Positions 1 to 11,211 of a stretch of 64,000 nt of DNA are shown piece after piece. The position numbers and the translations under genes were made by a program. The stretch spans positions 1 to 64,000 of the forward strand of contig JWZX01002904.1 of the NCBI GenBank assembly GCA_001275005.1, written 5' to 3'. This DNA comes from Chrysochromulina tobinii (lineage: Eukaryota). The number at the start of each line of letters is the position of its first letter. Position 1 is the first letter of the stretch. Under the pieces are notes generated by a model. It was not told the origin of the DNA. It ran no database searches and saw only the letters and a program-made list of their open reading frames with translations.

Positions 1-955
1 CGATGGCGATGGTGGCGGCGGTGATGGCGGAGGTGGTGGCGGCGGAGATGGCGGCGGAGACGACGGCGACGGTGGCGGTGGCGATGGTGACGGTGGTTGC
101 GGGGTCGGTGATGATGGTGACGGTGGTTGCGGGGGCGGTGGTGATGGTGGCGGGAGCAAAGGTGGTGGTGGCGACGGCGATGGTGGCGGCGGTGATGGCG
201 GAGGTCGTGGTGATGGCGGTGGAGGAGACGGTGATGGCGGTGGAGGAGACGGCGGAGGAGGACGTTGAGGAGGGCCGAGGTCGCCGGGTCCATGGGGGGG
301 CGGCGGGGGCGGTAAGGAAGGCGATGGAGGGGGCGGCAGACTGGGTGGTGAGGGCGAGGGTGGTGGTGAGGGCGAGGGTGGAGGTGGGGAAGGCGATGGC
401 GGTGGGGGCGAGGGCGACGGTGGCGGGGGCGAGGGCGATGCTGGCGGCTGCATGGGACGCGGAGGCGGGGGTGGTTGGGCCCTCGAAAAGACGCGCACCT
501 CGGCAAGGTTAATGATGCGTGCGCTCCCCGGCAGCACAATAGTGACGTAGGTTCCCGTAAGACCAGGGCTCGATAGATTGCCCCCCAGGCAGTCGAACGA
601 AAACGGTCCGACTGTAGCTGGAGCAATCTGATCATGCACTCCGCATGCTTGCGACGTAGCTGAGTTGTAGTCTCCTGGCGAAGCACCGACCCATATTTGG
701 AAGGGCGACAGGCGATCCTGGCAGCAGTCGCCGCGATTGTGGATCATCACATGACTCACGGCGGTCTGGCCCCGAGATCTGAATCGACAGCCACGGATTA
801 GAGCCCTGCAGCGAGTGGCACATGTTGGTCGTCTGGCCATCGATGCACTTCGAGGCAAAATGCGTCTCGGACGTGGTGCTCAGAACGGCGCTCAGGCGTG
901 GGATCGCGGGCATGCTGGCAAGGGGAGGGGTCGGCGATGGTGGTGGTGGCAAAGG

Positions 956-989
<34 letters not shown>

Positions 990-1654
990 AACGGAGGTGC
1001 TGGCGGCGGCGAGGGCGGCGGAGGTCGCAGCGGATATGGAAACATGGGACACCAGGCGTATCTGTACGGGTTGGCCGGCGACTCGCAGTTGGCCTGTGAC
1101 TCACTGAGCCAGTTTGTTAGAGGCGCAAAACTCGTGCACGTGGCGCATTGGGACGCCGAAAGGTTCGGAGGCCAGGTGCAGCAATGCGCATTGGGCGGCG
1201 GCGGTGGTGGAGGTCTTGCTGGCGGTGGCGATGGTGGCGGAGGCGGCGAGGTGATCTTGCACCACCTGTACTGTTGAAGATTGACGCTGGACTCACAATT
1301 CCCTGCAGATGCCGATAACCAATTAGTGGAGGGCGCAAATGCCAAGCAACTGCTGCAGGACGGTAGCGGCCGTGGCCATGTGCAGCAGGACCAGCCATCT
1401 GCAGCCGATGGCGGGATCGGGCACCACGTGTATTGTAATGTGGGATCGGTCGCTTGGTTGATCGGAGACAAGCAATTGGCCGACGAGTTGCTGAGCCAGT
1501 TACCGGGCTCCGAAAAGGAGGTGCACTGGATGCAGTTATTGTTCAATGCGACGGCGCGTGGCCAGACGCAGCACGAGGACTGAGTGGCTGGTGGTGGAGG
1601 CGGCGGCCCCTGGGCTGCAACGACAGCGAGGCTGACGAGCAGGAGCCGGCGCAT
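1..1654 (-). CDS. Secreted Pro-rich (extensin-like) protein with three 6-Cys/Trp modules and an F-type (fucolectin) lectin domain; 3' end runs off the window; one +1 frameshift at 770-773
   Basis: Signal peptide MRRLLLVSLAVVAAQG. Three CCxWP..C..C..F...NWLS.S..NC.S...Y.WC repeats. Removing one base from the C4 run at 770-773 gives ...MCHSLQGSNPWLSIQISGQTAVSHVMIHNRGDCCQDRLSPFQIWVG...TYVTIVLPGSARIINLAEVRVF, an exact H-X26-R-X-D-X4-R fucose-binding motif, followed by PPSP repeats to position 1. Confidence 0.8.
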
Positions 1655-1850
1655 GAGACCTTAGAGCCGCGTCGGAGCCTCTTGATGCGCAAAGCGCCCG
1701 TCGTACGAATCAAGAAGAAAGATGCAACAGTTGATGCAACTAACCTCTGTAACTCTCAATCAAGCCGAGCATGTGCATGCAAGTTTACATGTACCCACCT
1801 ACTGCGTGTATGAAATAGATGAATCTGCGAGGCGCTGCGTTCACAGGATG

Positions 1851-1975
1851 AAGTGCACCATCGAAAGGCGAGCACCTGCTTCCCTATAATCACGATGAAA
1901 TACACTCGCCGTGTCAAGAGGCCCCCGCCGCCGGGCGGCGGCGGCGGCGGTAGTGGCGGTAGTGGCGGCGACTTC
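1851..1975. repeat. Interspersed repeat copy A (unclassified)
   Basis: AGTGCAC..CGAAAGGCGAGCACC...GCCGCCGGGCGG..GGCGGCGGTAGTGGCGGTAGTGGCGGCGACTTC, matching 4151-4291 in the same orientation. Confidence 0.75.
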
Positions 1976-3671
1976 GTCACGGTGACGCTGCTCGCGTATC
2001 TCGAAGAGCTGCACCGGACGTCTGGGCGAGCATGGCCACCTCCAAACGGTCCGAAGGCATTTCCACTGCGTGACGGCAGCGAGGCGCAGTCGCCAACCGG
2101 CGATGCTTACCTCCTCCTGCGTGCCACCCACGATTCCGCATGTGACGCGCCCTTCTTCTCGATCCCGTTGCCGGACGGCGGTGTGTGCATCGCCGACTAT
2201 GGAAAGCACGCCGTGCGCTTCCTCTCGGCTGACGGCACGCCGTTGCTCGCACTTGGCGGCGGTGGCGACGCACAGGCAGGGGCAGCAGCGCTAACGCACC
2301 CGCTCGGGATGGCGCTCGAAAGTACGGGCACGCTCTACGTGGCCGACGAATCGGGGCGCGTCTTGCAGCTCGACGAGGCTGGGCGATGCCTGCGCACCTT
2401 CTCGGCACACGGCCCGGGCGGCGAGGTCCAAGATCGGCCAATTGAGGCGTGGCTCCCGCACGGTGGGGCAGCGCGTGCCGCCAGAGCGCCGGCGCGGCCC
2501 CTGCAGCCTGGCGAGCTGAGCGAGTCGAATCCAACCATGGAGCTCACCACGCTGCCATCCGCGCCGCCGCCTCCTGCAGCGTCGCTGTCGTCGCCGTCGC
2601 CAGCGGGGTCTCAAGCAGCGAGCGGCTTGGGCGGTGCGGAGGGCGCCTTTCTGCCCTCGGGCGTGGCCTTGGGCCCAGGTGGGCGTCTGTATCTCTCGGA
2701 CCGACGGCACGACCGCATCGTGTGCCTCGGCACCCTGAGCGCCCACGGCGGCGCTCTGAGCTCCGCCCACGACGGCGCCCACGGCTCCGCCCACGACGGC
2801 GCCCAAGGCTCCGCCCACGACGGCGCCAAGGGCTCCGCCTTCGCCTTCGGCGCGCGAGGCAGCGGCCCCGCCGAGCTACACGACCCGCGAGGCTTGGCGG
2901 TGCATACAGGGCAGGTGTGGGTCGCTGACATGTGTAACCACCGCATCAGGTGGGTCTCACTGAGTGCATGCTGATTGCCTCCCTCATCAGGTGTGGGTCG
3001 CTGACATGTGTAACCACCGCATCAGCGTCTTCTCGCTCCGAGGCAGGCCGTTGCGCCAATTGGGACGGTACGGCGCCGCGCCGGGCGAGTTTCGTCACCC
3101 GGTCGGCGTCGCGCTCGTCTCGGACTTGCTGCTGGTCTCCGAGTACAGCGGCGGGCGCGTGCAGGTCCTCACGCTGGAAGGAGGGCCCCTCCAAGTGATT
3201 GGACCGTCGGCCTTCGGTGGCGCGTGCTTGGGCGCCATCGGCGCGGATGCGCGCCGTGCCACCGTGTGCGACACCGCAGGCCGGGTCCATCTTTTCGACC
3301 TCGTGCGCCGCGGCGCGCACCCCGCCGCCGAAGACACTCATCCTGACGAAGCTCATGGTGACGAAGCTCATGGTGACGAAGCTTCGCTGCAGGATGAGAA
3401 TGCTGCTGCTGCTGCTGCGCGGGCGGCCACCCTCCGTCGCACGCGCGCTGGACGCGTCCAGCTGGCGGTCGAAGCTGCGGACTACTCCGGCGTGCTCGCG
3501 GCACTGACCCGTGATGACATGGCGGCGCTCGTGCCCGAGGCGCTCGCCCATGCCGCAGCGCACCCAGCGCAGTACCAGCTACCTCCCTGCCGGCCGGCGG
3601 ACGCTCTGGTCGCCGAGTTCGAGCAGCATCTCGCGGGACGCGCGCCGCCGCTCGGTCCGCCGCACTGGTAA
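1895..3671 (+). CDS. NHL-repeat (beta-propeller) protein, 2 exons; start uncertain
   Basis: NHL motifs LTHPLGMALESTGTLYVAD, FLPSGVALGPGGRLYLSD, LHDPRGLAVHTGQVWVADMCNHRISVF and FRHPVGVALVSDLLLVSE. A 76-nt intron (2915-2990, or equivalently 2950-3025) joins ORFs 1853-2974 and 2964-3671 in frame. Confidence 0.75.
2915..2990 (+). other. Intron containing a duplicate of the adjacent exon sequence
   Basis: GT..AG. The 38-nt direct repeat CAGGTGTGGGTCGCTGACATGTGTAACCACCGCATCAG lies at 2912-2949 and 2988-3025. Confidence 0.75.
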
Positions 3672-4150
3672 GTGCTCGTAGCATGGACCCGATTGCCACG
3701 GTCTCGGACTCGGTGGCGGGTGGGTCGCCGTCGGCGTGCGGGCCTACGCGCTCGTCTCAGCCACCGAGCACAGACGTCTGTGCCTCTGAGCGCACTTCAG
3801 GGACCGCCAGTGAACACAACCATTCAGAACCAAACCTAACGCGTAACGGAGAGGCTGTAAGAGCACATGCATGCGTTTCCCCCACGATCGACCGAGCGTG
3901 TATAAACAGAACGAATCTGCCGCGCCGGGCGTCCGTCGGTGCCCTCTCGCTGGCCGGCGGCCGCGCAGCCAGGTATGAAGTGCCGTGGTGCGGGGTGCGC
4001 TCTGCAAGCTAAGCTTCGTCGCACAAGCTACAAGCCAAGCGCACCAGTCGAAATACAACACATCAAGTATCTAAACAAGCGCAACCGAGTGTACTCCACG
4101 TGTGTAGCGCCAGCGATGTATAGGAAAGAGTGGGCTTGCCTGCTTGCTTG

Positions 4151-4291
4151 AGTGCACTCAAACGAAAGGCGAGCACCCGCTACACTGAATAAACACGAGG
4201 ATGGACACATGCCAGAAGCGGCCCGGCCTTAGCCCGGCCGCCGGGCGGAGGCGGCGGCGGCGGCGGTAGTGGCGGTAGTGGCGGCGACTTC
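4151..4291. repeat. Interspersed repeat copy B (unclassified)
   Basis: Same motifs as 1851-1975; similarity ends abruptly at GGCGACTTC. Confidence 0.75.
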
Positions 4292-4311
4292 TACAAGGGT
4301 TGATACACTGT

Positions 4312-5274
4312 TCAAAACGGCAAGGTCGAGCCCACCTGCGCCGCGCGTAGCGCAGTGACGAGCGCATTGAACGTGGCGTGGCTCACGAAGACGAGAGGGA
4401 GAGAGCCGCCTGAGCGCTGGTAGAGGACGCCGAGGAAGAGGCCGAGAAGCTGGAACAGCAGCAGCGCCAGCGACGCCTGCTCGGAGAGTAGTAGCAGCTC
4501 GCGCACGGGCACCTGGTACGCGGCGTACGCGACGGCGGAGGCGAGCAGGGCCATTGTGGCCGAGCCGCCCGCGCGCTCGATGGCGCTGATCAAAAAGGCG
4601 CGAAAGAACGCCTCGTCGGCCAGCGGCGCGATCAGAAGCAGCTCAACCGCCTGGGGCAGCTCAGGCCAGGGCCGTGGCGCAGGTACCCAGTCGATGCCGA
4701 GCAGCTGCGCTGCAAGAGCGATGGCAATTCCAAACCCAAAGGCGAACGTGACGCCCGCGCCGGGCCCGCCGAGGTATGTGATCTGGAAAAAGGGGCTGCT
4801 GTCGACGCGGGCTGGGTCGGCTCGCAGACGGGCCCACTCCTGCGGCGGAAGGCCAATGGCTGCTTGCAGCGCCACAAAGGCGACGAGGCCGAGCAGGCGG
4901 TAGACTGCGCCCTCTGCCTCGAGACCGGCAGCCTGTGTGACGGCGATTGCGGCTGCGTTGAGCAGCACAAAGGCGATGCTGCCGAGGCCTGCATCGACCC
5001 ATGCTGGCGTCACCTGGAAGAGGTTCGCGGCTGCGGCTCGCGTCGGCGCAAATAGCTCGCGCAGCGGCGGCATTGACGGCGGCGGCGCTTTCGGCGGCCT
5101 GACTGGCAGGTCGTCATCATCGATGAGCAGCAACGGCAACGCGCTCCCGTGGCGGAGCGGCGAGTCCGTCAGTGGTGTTCTACGTCGCACCCCCTGGGGT
5201 GCGCTGTGTAGCACGCCGCTTGGCGACCAGCTCGCCTGGACGCCTATCACGAGCGCGCCGATGATAGGTTGCAT
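4312..5274 (-). CDS. CAAX/Abi (CPBP) family intramembrane protease-like protein, possibly plastid-targeted
   Basis: APLADEAFFRAFL (EE..FRG-like) and SHATFN (H..xN) motifs; several TM helices; N-terminus MQPIIGALVIGVQASW resembles a signal peptide. Confidence 0.7.
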   Translation of the reverse strand: MQPIIGALVIGVQASWSPSGVLHSAPQGVRRRTPLTDSPLRHGSALPLLLIDDDDLPVRPPKAPPPSMPPLRELFAPTRAAAANLFQVTPAWVDAGLGSIAFVLLNAAAIAVTQAAGLEAEGAVYRLLGLVAFVALQAAIGLPPQEWARLRADPARVDSSPFFQITYLGGPGAGVTFAFGFGIAIALAAQLLGIDWVPAPRPWPELPQAVELLLIAPLADEAFFRAFLISAIERAGGSATMALLASAVAYAAYQVPVRELLLLSEQASLALLLFQLLGLFLGVLYQRSGGSLPLVFVSHATFNALVTALRAAQVGSTLPF

Positions 5275-5312
5275 GAATTCCGCAATCCGTCCCGATCGAA
5301 GCCCTTTCTTGG

Positions 5313-6458
5313 ATGGGGGCGAACTCGTCTGCTCCGGCACGGCCTGCGGGCGCGGGAACTTCGACACCCCCTGGAGACCAACCCCGTCGTCAGCCTGGAA
5401 TCGGCGGTGGCGCATATCCGGTGCGCCAGCAGCCTGCAGCAGACGCGCAAAGCACAGCCGGGAAGTCCTCCCTGGAGGCATTGCCTTGGCTGCGGCTGCC
5501 TCTCTCTCACACAGCCCTTGTTCGTCAACGCGCGTCTCCGCAGGGCCGGGCAGCGACGGCGGCCGGCGGCGGCTATCCAGGCCAGCGCATGGGCGTGACA
5601 TCAATGCAGCAATACTACCTTGAGGGCATGCGGCCCGAGGCCGGCAGCGCCTTCTTGCCCCGCGGGCCAGCGCCTCCGCCGCAAGTGTCGAAGACGTGCA
5701 CGATCCGCAACGACGTGAACCTCAAGAAGGGCTCGATGAGGCTCGTACGCGACGCGGCGCGCCCCACGCTACATCACCTCGAGTTCACTTTTGACGCGTC
5801 GAGCGCGTGCACCATCCGTGTCTTCTACTACGCCACCGAGGAGGTGGGCGCGAACGGTGCTCTCAAGTTCACGCCGCTCAAGCCGAGCGGCGCGATCGCG
5901 CCCGAGGATCGCGCCCAGGGCCTCGGCCAGGCGTACCGCGCACAGCTGCCCCTAAACCTCGCCGAGTACACGAAGGAAGAGCTCAAGGCGGGTGACCGCT
6001 TCCCGATCATCGTGGCCTTAGAGAGTAAGGCGACTTCGGCGGTGAACGCGCAGGCGACGTTCGCGAACGCCGTCTTCACCGATGCGGGCGCCACCGTCGT
6101 GCCGCTCAAGCAGAAGATCCAGGTTGTGAACCCGAACCCGCAAAGCCCGTCCGAAGCTTATATGCTCTACGAGCTGCAGGAGATTTTTGGCATCGAGGGC
6201 GCCAGCGGCGACGCGAGCGCGTTGGCTGACGGCGACGGCGGTGACAATGGGCGCGAGTGCGTCGTTTGTATGACAGCGCCGCGGGACACGACCGTGCTGC
6301 CCTGCCGCCACATGTGCCTGTGCTCCGAATGCGCCCAAGTCCTTCGCATGCAGGCCGAGAAGTGCCCCATCTGCCGCACACCCATTCAACAGCTCCTCCA
6401 GATCAAAATCGCTCCCGGAGTGCCCGTCGAGATCCCGCCGCCGAGAGCCGCTGCGTAG
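5313..6458 (+). CDS. MGRN1/LOG2-like RING-HC E3 ubiquitin ligase
   Basis: N-terminal MGANSS myristoylation-like start; TIRNDVNLKK..LEFTFDA; YELQEIFGI; RING CVVCMTAPRDTTVLPCRHMCLCSECAQVLRMQAEKCPICR. Confidence 0.9.
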   Translation: MGANSSAPARPAGAGTSTPPGDQPRRQPGIGGGAYPVRQQPAADAQSTAGKSSLEALPWLRLPLSHTALVRQRASPQGRAATAAGGGYPGQRMGVTSMQQYYLEGMRPEAGSAFLPRGPAPPPQVSKTCTIRNDVNLKKGSMRLVRDAARPTLHHLEFTFDASSACTIRVFYYATEEVGANGALKFTPLKPSGAIAPEDRAQGLGQAYRAQLPLNLAEYTKEELKAGDRFPIIVALESKATSAVNAQATFANAVFTDAGATVVPLKQKIQVVNPNPQSPSEAYMLYELQEIFGIEGASGDASALADGDGGDNGRECVVCMTAPRDTTVLPCRHMCLCSECAQVLRMQAEKCPICRTPIQQLLQIKIAPGVPVEIPPPRAAA

Positions 6459-6859
6459 GCGGCGCTGCGTAGGCGGCGCCAGCTTGCTCGCAGACGAGGC
6501 TTGCGAAGGCTACCGTCGCTTCCGCGACTTCGCACTTGTTCCGCGAGCGTTCGGAGCCGAGCGCGGGCGAGGGCGGCTCGACTGCGCGGTGTGGCCTCTC
6601 ATATGTGCTTGTCGCCGGTGAGCTCGACTTGTACTTTTGTCGCGCGCATGTATCTATTACTGCTGTGCAACCTCATCGTATCGAGTTTGACCTTAAAGGA
6701 AGATGAGGACGCCGTTGCCACTGCACCAAACCGAAATCATGCACGACCGGACCGGTGCATCCGCCCGGAGGCCTACGACCGCCTCTACATTATCCGCCTC
6801 TCATCTCTCCAGGGGTTCATACAACACCTAAAGAAGGAGGGACGACGCGCTTACATCAT

Positions 6860-7564
6860 TTAGCCGCTGGCATCGAGGCCCAGCGCGACGGGGTCCGTCT
6901 CCGGGTTGAGCATGGAGAGCGGCAGCTTGGACAGCTCGCGCTGGCCGAGCGGGCCGTACGTGGGGATGACCTGCACGTTGATGCCGTCCTTGACCAGGCG
7001 GCCCTGATCCCTGAATTTCTCGTACTGCTCCTTGGTGAGCTTGGAGAAGCCGTAGTTGCCCGACACGACGACGCGCTGCCGGCCTGGCAGCTTGTACTTG
7101 GCGCGGCGGAGCGCCTCGAGCACCTGGGGCTCGTGGAACTCCTTGGCGCGCACCGAGAAGAGGATCTGGCCGATGCTCACACGCGCGACGGTGCCGTACG
7201 TCTTGCCGAAGGCGCCGCGCATGCCAGTCTGCAGCCGATCCGCGCCGGCGCACGAGAGCATTTTGTTGATGCGAAGCACGTGCCACGGGTGCACACGGAT
7301 GCGAAGGTGGAAAGCATCCTTGCCAGCGTTCTTCACCATGTACTTGTTGCAGGCAACACGCGCGGCCTCGAGCGTCTCAGACGAGATCTGCTCTTTCTCC
7401 ATGGAGACCATGTGCGCAGCGAACGGGAAGACATCGATGGCGAGCTTCTTCTTGCCAGCGTCGTAGATGCGGATCTTCGGGTCAGGCACACCACGGTTGA
7501 AGCGAGACTTCGGGTACGGCTTGTTCTTCTGGTACCGATAGCACTTGAAAGGGCGGCGGCCCAT
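6860..7564 (-). CDS. RPL10: 60S ribosomal protein L10 (uL16)
   Basis: [37 protein letters not shown]...[21 protein letters not shown]. Confidence 0.97.
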   Translation of the reverse strand: MGRRPFKCYRYQKNKPYPKSRFNRGVPDPKIRIYDAGKKKLAIDVFPFAAHMVSMEKEQISSETLEAARVACNKYMVKNAGKDAFHLRIRVHPWHVLRINKMLSCAGADRLQTGMRGAFGKTYGTVARVSIGQILFSVRAKEFHEPQVLEALRRAKYKLPGRQRVVVSGNYGFSKLTKEQYEKFRDQGRLVKDGINVQVIPTYGPLGQRELSKLPLSMLNPETDPVALGLDASG

Positions 7565-7976
7565 GGTAGTTAGTGCAGCGGCCTGCGGGCACAAGGCAGG
7601 CACGCATTCGCGATGAGCGTGCGAGCAGGACAGGCAATGATCAGCCGCAGCTCAATCGCCCGCTCTCTGCCCTCTGCGGGTCGCTGCCTCAACCACCGGC
7701 CGGCAGCGGTGCCTGGCGGCTCCCAGGGGTGCACGGCGGCTCTGAGCAGCCTCTGCGCCTCAGCCACGCCAGCGCCGGCGCCTCGAGTGCGCGCACGCCG
7801 CACGCGACGGCATGAGCCTCACCGAGCAGAAGCGCAGGGCGGAGCACGAGACAGCCCCGACTGTGAAAACTTTCCTATGAGATCTGACGGGGTTCGGATC
7901 AACATTCGACTGCAAGGCGCCCACACGCTCCTCTTTCGAGTTGCCGAGGAAGGGTGCGCCGCACGTGCCCGTTGCG

Positions 7977-9274
7977 ATGGGCGACTTCGACATCGAGCCG
8001 CCCACGGCCAAGGAGAACCTCTTCCACCCTGGCCTCTTCGACGCCGTCAGCTCGGGGGGCACGCCGCGCAAGCGCAACCGCTTCAGAAGGCCGGCCACTG
8101 GCAGCAGCCGCTCCCCACTGGGCGATTCGAGCGCGAGCGGCGAGGCGACGGACGCGGCAGCCGCGGATGCCATCGACGCGAGCGCTCACGAGCTGGATGC
8201 CATGCCGAGCTCGCATCCCGTCAAGGGCGTCACCATCACCGCCGAGCAGATGGCCGACCTCACCAAAGAGGAGCGCGAGCTCCTCGCCAAGCTGAGCGCG
8301 CGGCTGCCGGCGCTGAGGCCGTCGGCCACGGAGCCGACGACACCGCCCGCCGCCGCCAAGGAGCGCGCCATTTCGCCGCCGCATCCGCCGCCTCCGCCGC
8401 AGCCGCCCACGCCCGCCAACAGCAGCGCGGCTGTGCTCGGTTCCGCGGCGAGCGTGGCGGCCGCGGAGGCGGCCGCCGCGGCCGCCGTGGCGGCACTACT
8501 CGCCAGTGGCGCGCCGCTCGGCGGCTTCACCGTCGGCGCCAATGGCCCGCTGCCTGTGCCGCCGGCGCGGCGCAAGCCAGTGTCACCGCCAAGTGCCACG
8601 AAACCAGCCGTCGCCGCTGAGGTCACCAGCTTTGCCCGGCCTTCCACAGCGTTGCCAACGGTGAGCGTGCCGCTGCACTGGTCGCCGCCCGCCGCCTCCG
8701 CTGCTGCCGGCGCTTTTTTCGGCAACGGTGTGACGGCACAGCCCTCACCCATCGAGGTGATCATGGCCGATGCGGCCCCGGACATCGATGACGACAGCCC
8801 TCAGTTCAGCGTTGGGGCGGGCGACGAAGGCGCACGCAGCTCGCGCTCGGCGGGCCGGCGCGCGAAGCCAGCGTCCGCGCGCCGCGTCCCGTCTGTCGGC
8901 CGTGCCGGCGACGGCTTCGGCGACGAGGCCGGCGCCGCGATTGAGCCGACTGCGTCCCTCGCTGAGCGGTTTCGTCAAGTGGGCCTGCACTCCGAGAGGG
9001 ATCTCTCCGCGAACGTGCCCACGGCCGCCACGGCCAGCAGCGTGCCCAGCATCCCCGGCGCCCCCGGCGCGCCCGCGGCCGGCGCCGGCGCCTTCGCTCC
9101 GCCGCCTGACCTGACGTTTAGCATCGGCGCGGAGGAGGCCGCGGCGCGGCGAGCGGGCCGCCGTCGCCCCGGCACGGGCTTCGCGCGCTCGGGTGCGGTC
9201 TCGTCTGAGGAGGCAGAGGGGAGCACGAGCGCCATCCCGAACGCCTTTTCGAGCACCTCCTCGGCCGCGCCGCC

Positions 9275-9305
<31 letters not shown>

Positions 9306-11211
9306 CAACTCCCGGGCTCATTGCTACCCAAGAGTCGCAGTGCGTGGGAGGGAGGCGGCGCCGAGGCCGCTACCGCCAGCAGCAGCAGCAGCAACAGCAG
9401 CACTGCCGCCGCCGCCGCCGCCGCCGCCGCTTCGAACGCTGCGCCAGTGGTGACGGGCGGTACCGCCGGTCTGGGCGACGAGCCGCCCAAGGAGGATCCG
9501 GCGTGGCGGCTGGCGGAGGAGCAGAAGGAGCGCGGCAACCGCCGGTACGCGATCAAGTCGTGGGCAGAGGCGAACGTGTGCTACCAAAAGGCCATCAGTG
9601 AGCTGCGCAAGCATGCGGCGTGGGGTACCGCGACGGCCGAGGGCCGCGCGCTCAACACCCGGGCGGCCTCGTACCACGCCAACTCGGCGGCCGCGCTGAT
9701 GCAGCTCGCGCGCATGGCCGACGCCGTGGCCGAGTGCGACGCGGCGCTGCGCGCGGACAGTAAGCTGGGCAAGGCGCTGCTGCGTGTGGCGCACGTGCAG
9801 CTCATGCTCGGCGACACGGACGAGGCACGCCGCTTCTACCTCGAGGCCGCGCAGGTGGGCAACTCGGCCGAGAGCGAAGCGGGCCTCAAGGCGTGCGCCG
9901 ACGACGAGCAACAGGCGGCGCGGCTGCACTCGGAGCTCATCATGTGCCGCCGTGCGGCCGCCTCGACGATGGGCTCGGCCGCCTCGTCGCAGCAGCTCAA
10001 GGGGCTGCTCAACGCGCTCGAGACTGCGTGCACGCGCTCGCCGCACAACCTGACGCTGCGCTCGCTCCAAGCCGAAGCGCTCTCCGCCTCCGGCCGGATG
10101 ACCGAAGCGCACGCGCTGTGCGAGGCGCAGCTGGCCACACCGGCCGCGCACAAGGGCCACGCGTCGCTCTGGCACTGTACCCTCGGGCGCGTGCTCTACG
10201 ATTCGTCCCTGCTGCCCGAGGCCGCCGACAAGCTGTCCGAGAGCTTGGCGCGACCGAACGCGCCCGCGGGCGCCAAGCCGCTCCTGCGCCTCGTGCAGAA
10301 GCTGGAGACGGAGCGAACGGCGGGCAACAATGCCTTCAAGCGCGGGGACTGGACGCAGGCTGTCGAGGCGTACACGCGAGCGCTCGCCGTGGATCCGACC
10401 CACGCGCGCTTCAATGCGCTGCTCTACTGCAACCGTGGCGCCGCGCACGCCAAGAACAATGCGCTGCAGCAGGCGCTGGCCGACTGCTCGGCGGCGATCG
10501 CTCTCAACCGATCGTACGCGAAGGCATATCTTCGGCGAGGCGAGCTGCGCGCGCGCTGCGGCGACCGCTCGCGCGCGCTCGAGGATCTGGGGGCCGCGCA
10601 GCGGCTCGACGCGAGCGGGCCGGTCGGCCTCGAGGCTCAGCGGCGCGTCGCTGAGCTCCGAAAGGAACAGGCACGGGAGGCGGCGAATGCGGCGGGCGCG
10701 GCGGCGGGCGCGGGCGCGGGCTCGGGATGGGACCGTGCGCGCGCGCACCATGGAGGCAGCAGCGGCTACGCTGGCGCCGGCGCGTCGTCGCGTGGCGTCG
10801 GTAGCGAGCGGCCCTCGACGGCGGTGGCGCCGCCGCCCAAGGCGCCAAATCATTACGAGGTGCTCGGGGTCGAGCCGAGCGCCGACGCGGATGCGATCCG
10901 AAAGGCGTACAAGAAGCTGTGCCTCAAGTTCCACCCCGACAAGCACGCGTCCTCGCCCATGGCCGAGAAGGCCAAGGCGCAGGACGCCTTCTTGGCGGTG
11001 CAGAAGGCCTATGACGTCCTCTCAGATGTGACGCAGCGGCGTACCTATGATCTCGAGCAGCGCTCGAGATCGCGTGCCGGGGGGGCTCGGCGGCTTTGGC
11101 GGCGCGCGCGGCGCCGGCCCCTTTGGCTTTGCGTCGGGCATGGAGGACGACCTCTTCTCGGCCTTTTACGGACGTCATGCCCAGGCGCGCGCGCCGCCTG
11201 GGCGCCGATGA
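7977..11211 (+). CDS. DNAJC7-like TPR + J-domain co-chaperone with long low-complexity N-terminus; probable 1-nt error in G7 run at 11079-11085
   Basis: Multiple TPRs (AEEQKERGNRRY; RTAGNNAFKRGDWTQAVEAYTRAL; LYCNRGAAH) and a J-domain NHYEVLGV..LKFHPDK. Removing one G gives a G/F-rich tail GGLGGFGGARGAGPFGFASGMEDDLFSAFYG with a stop at 11209-11211. Confidence 0.85.

Noticed and set aside
3..512. Plus-strand 169-aa ORF (MAMVAAVMAEVV...)
   Set aside because: Antisense shadow of the Pro/Ser-rich tail of the minus-strand lectin gene.
9324..10946. Long antisense ORFs (also 26146-27549, 35843-36958, 62732-63991)
   Set aside because: Shadow frames expected from high GC3 codon usage opposite recognisable genes.
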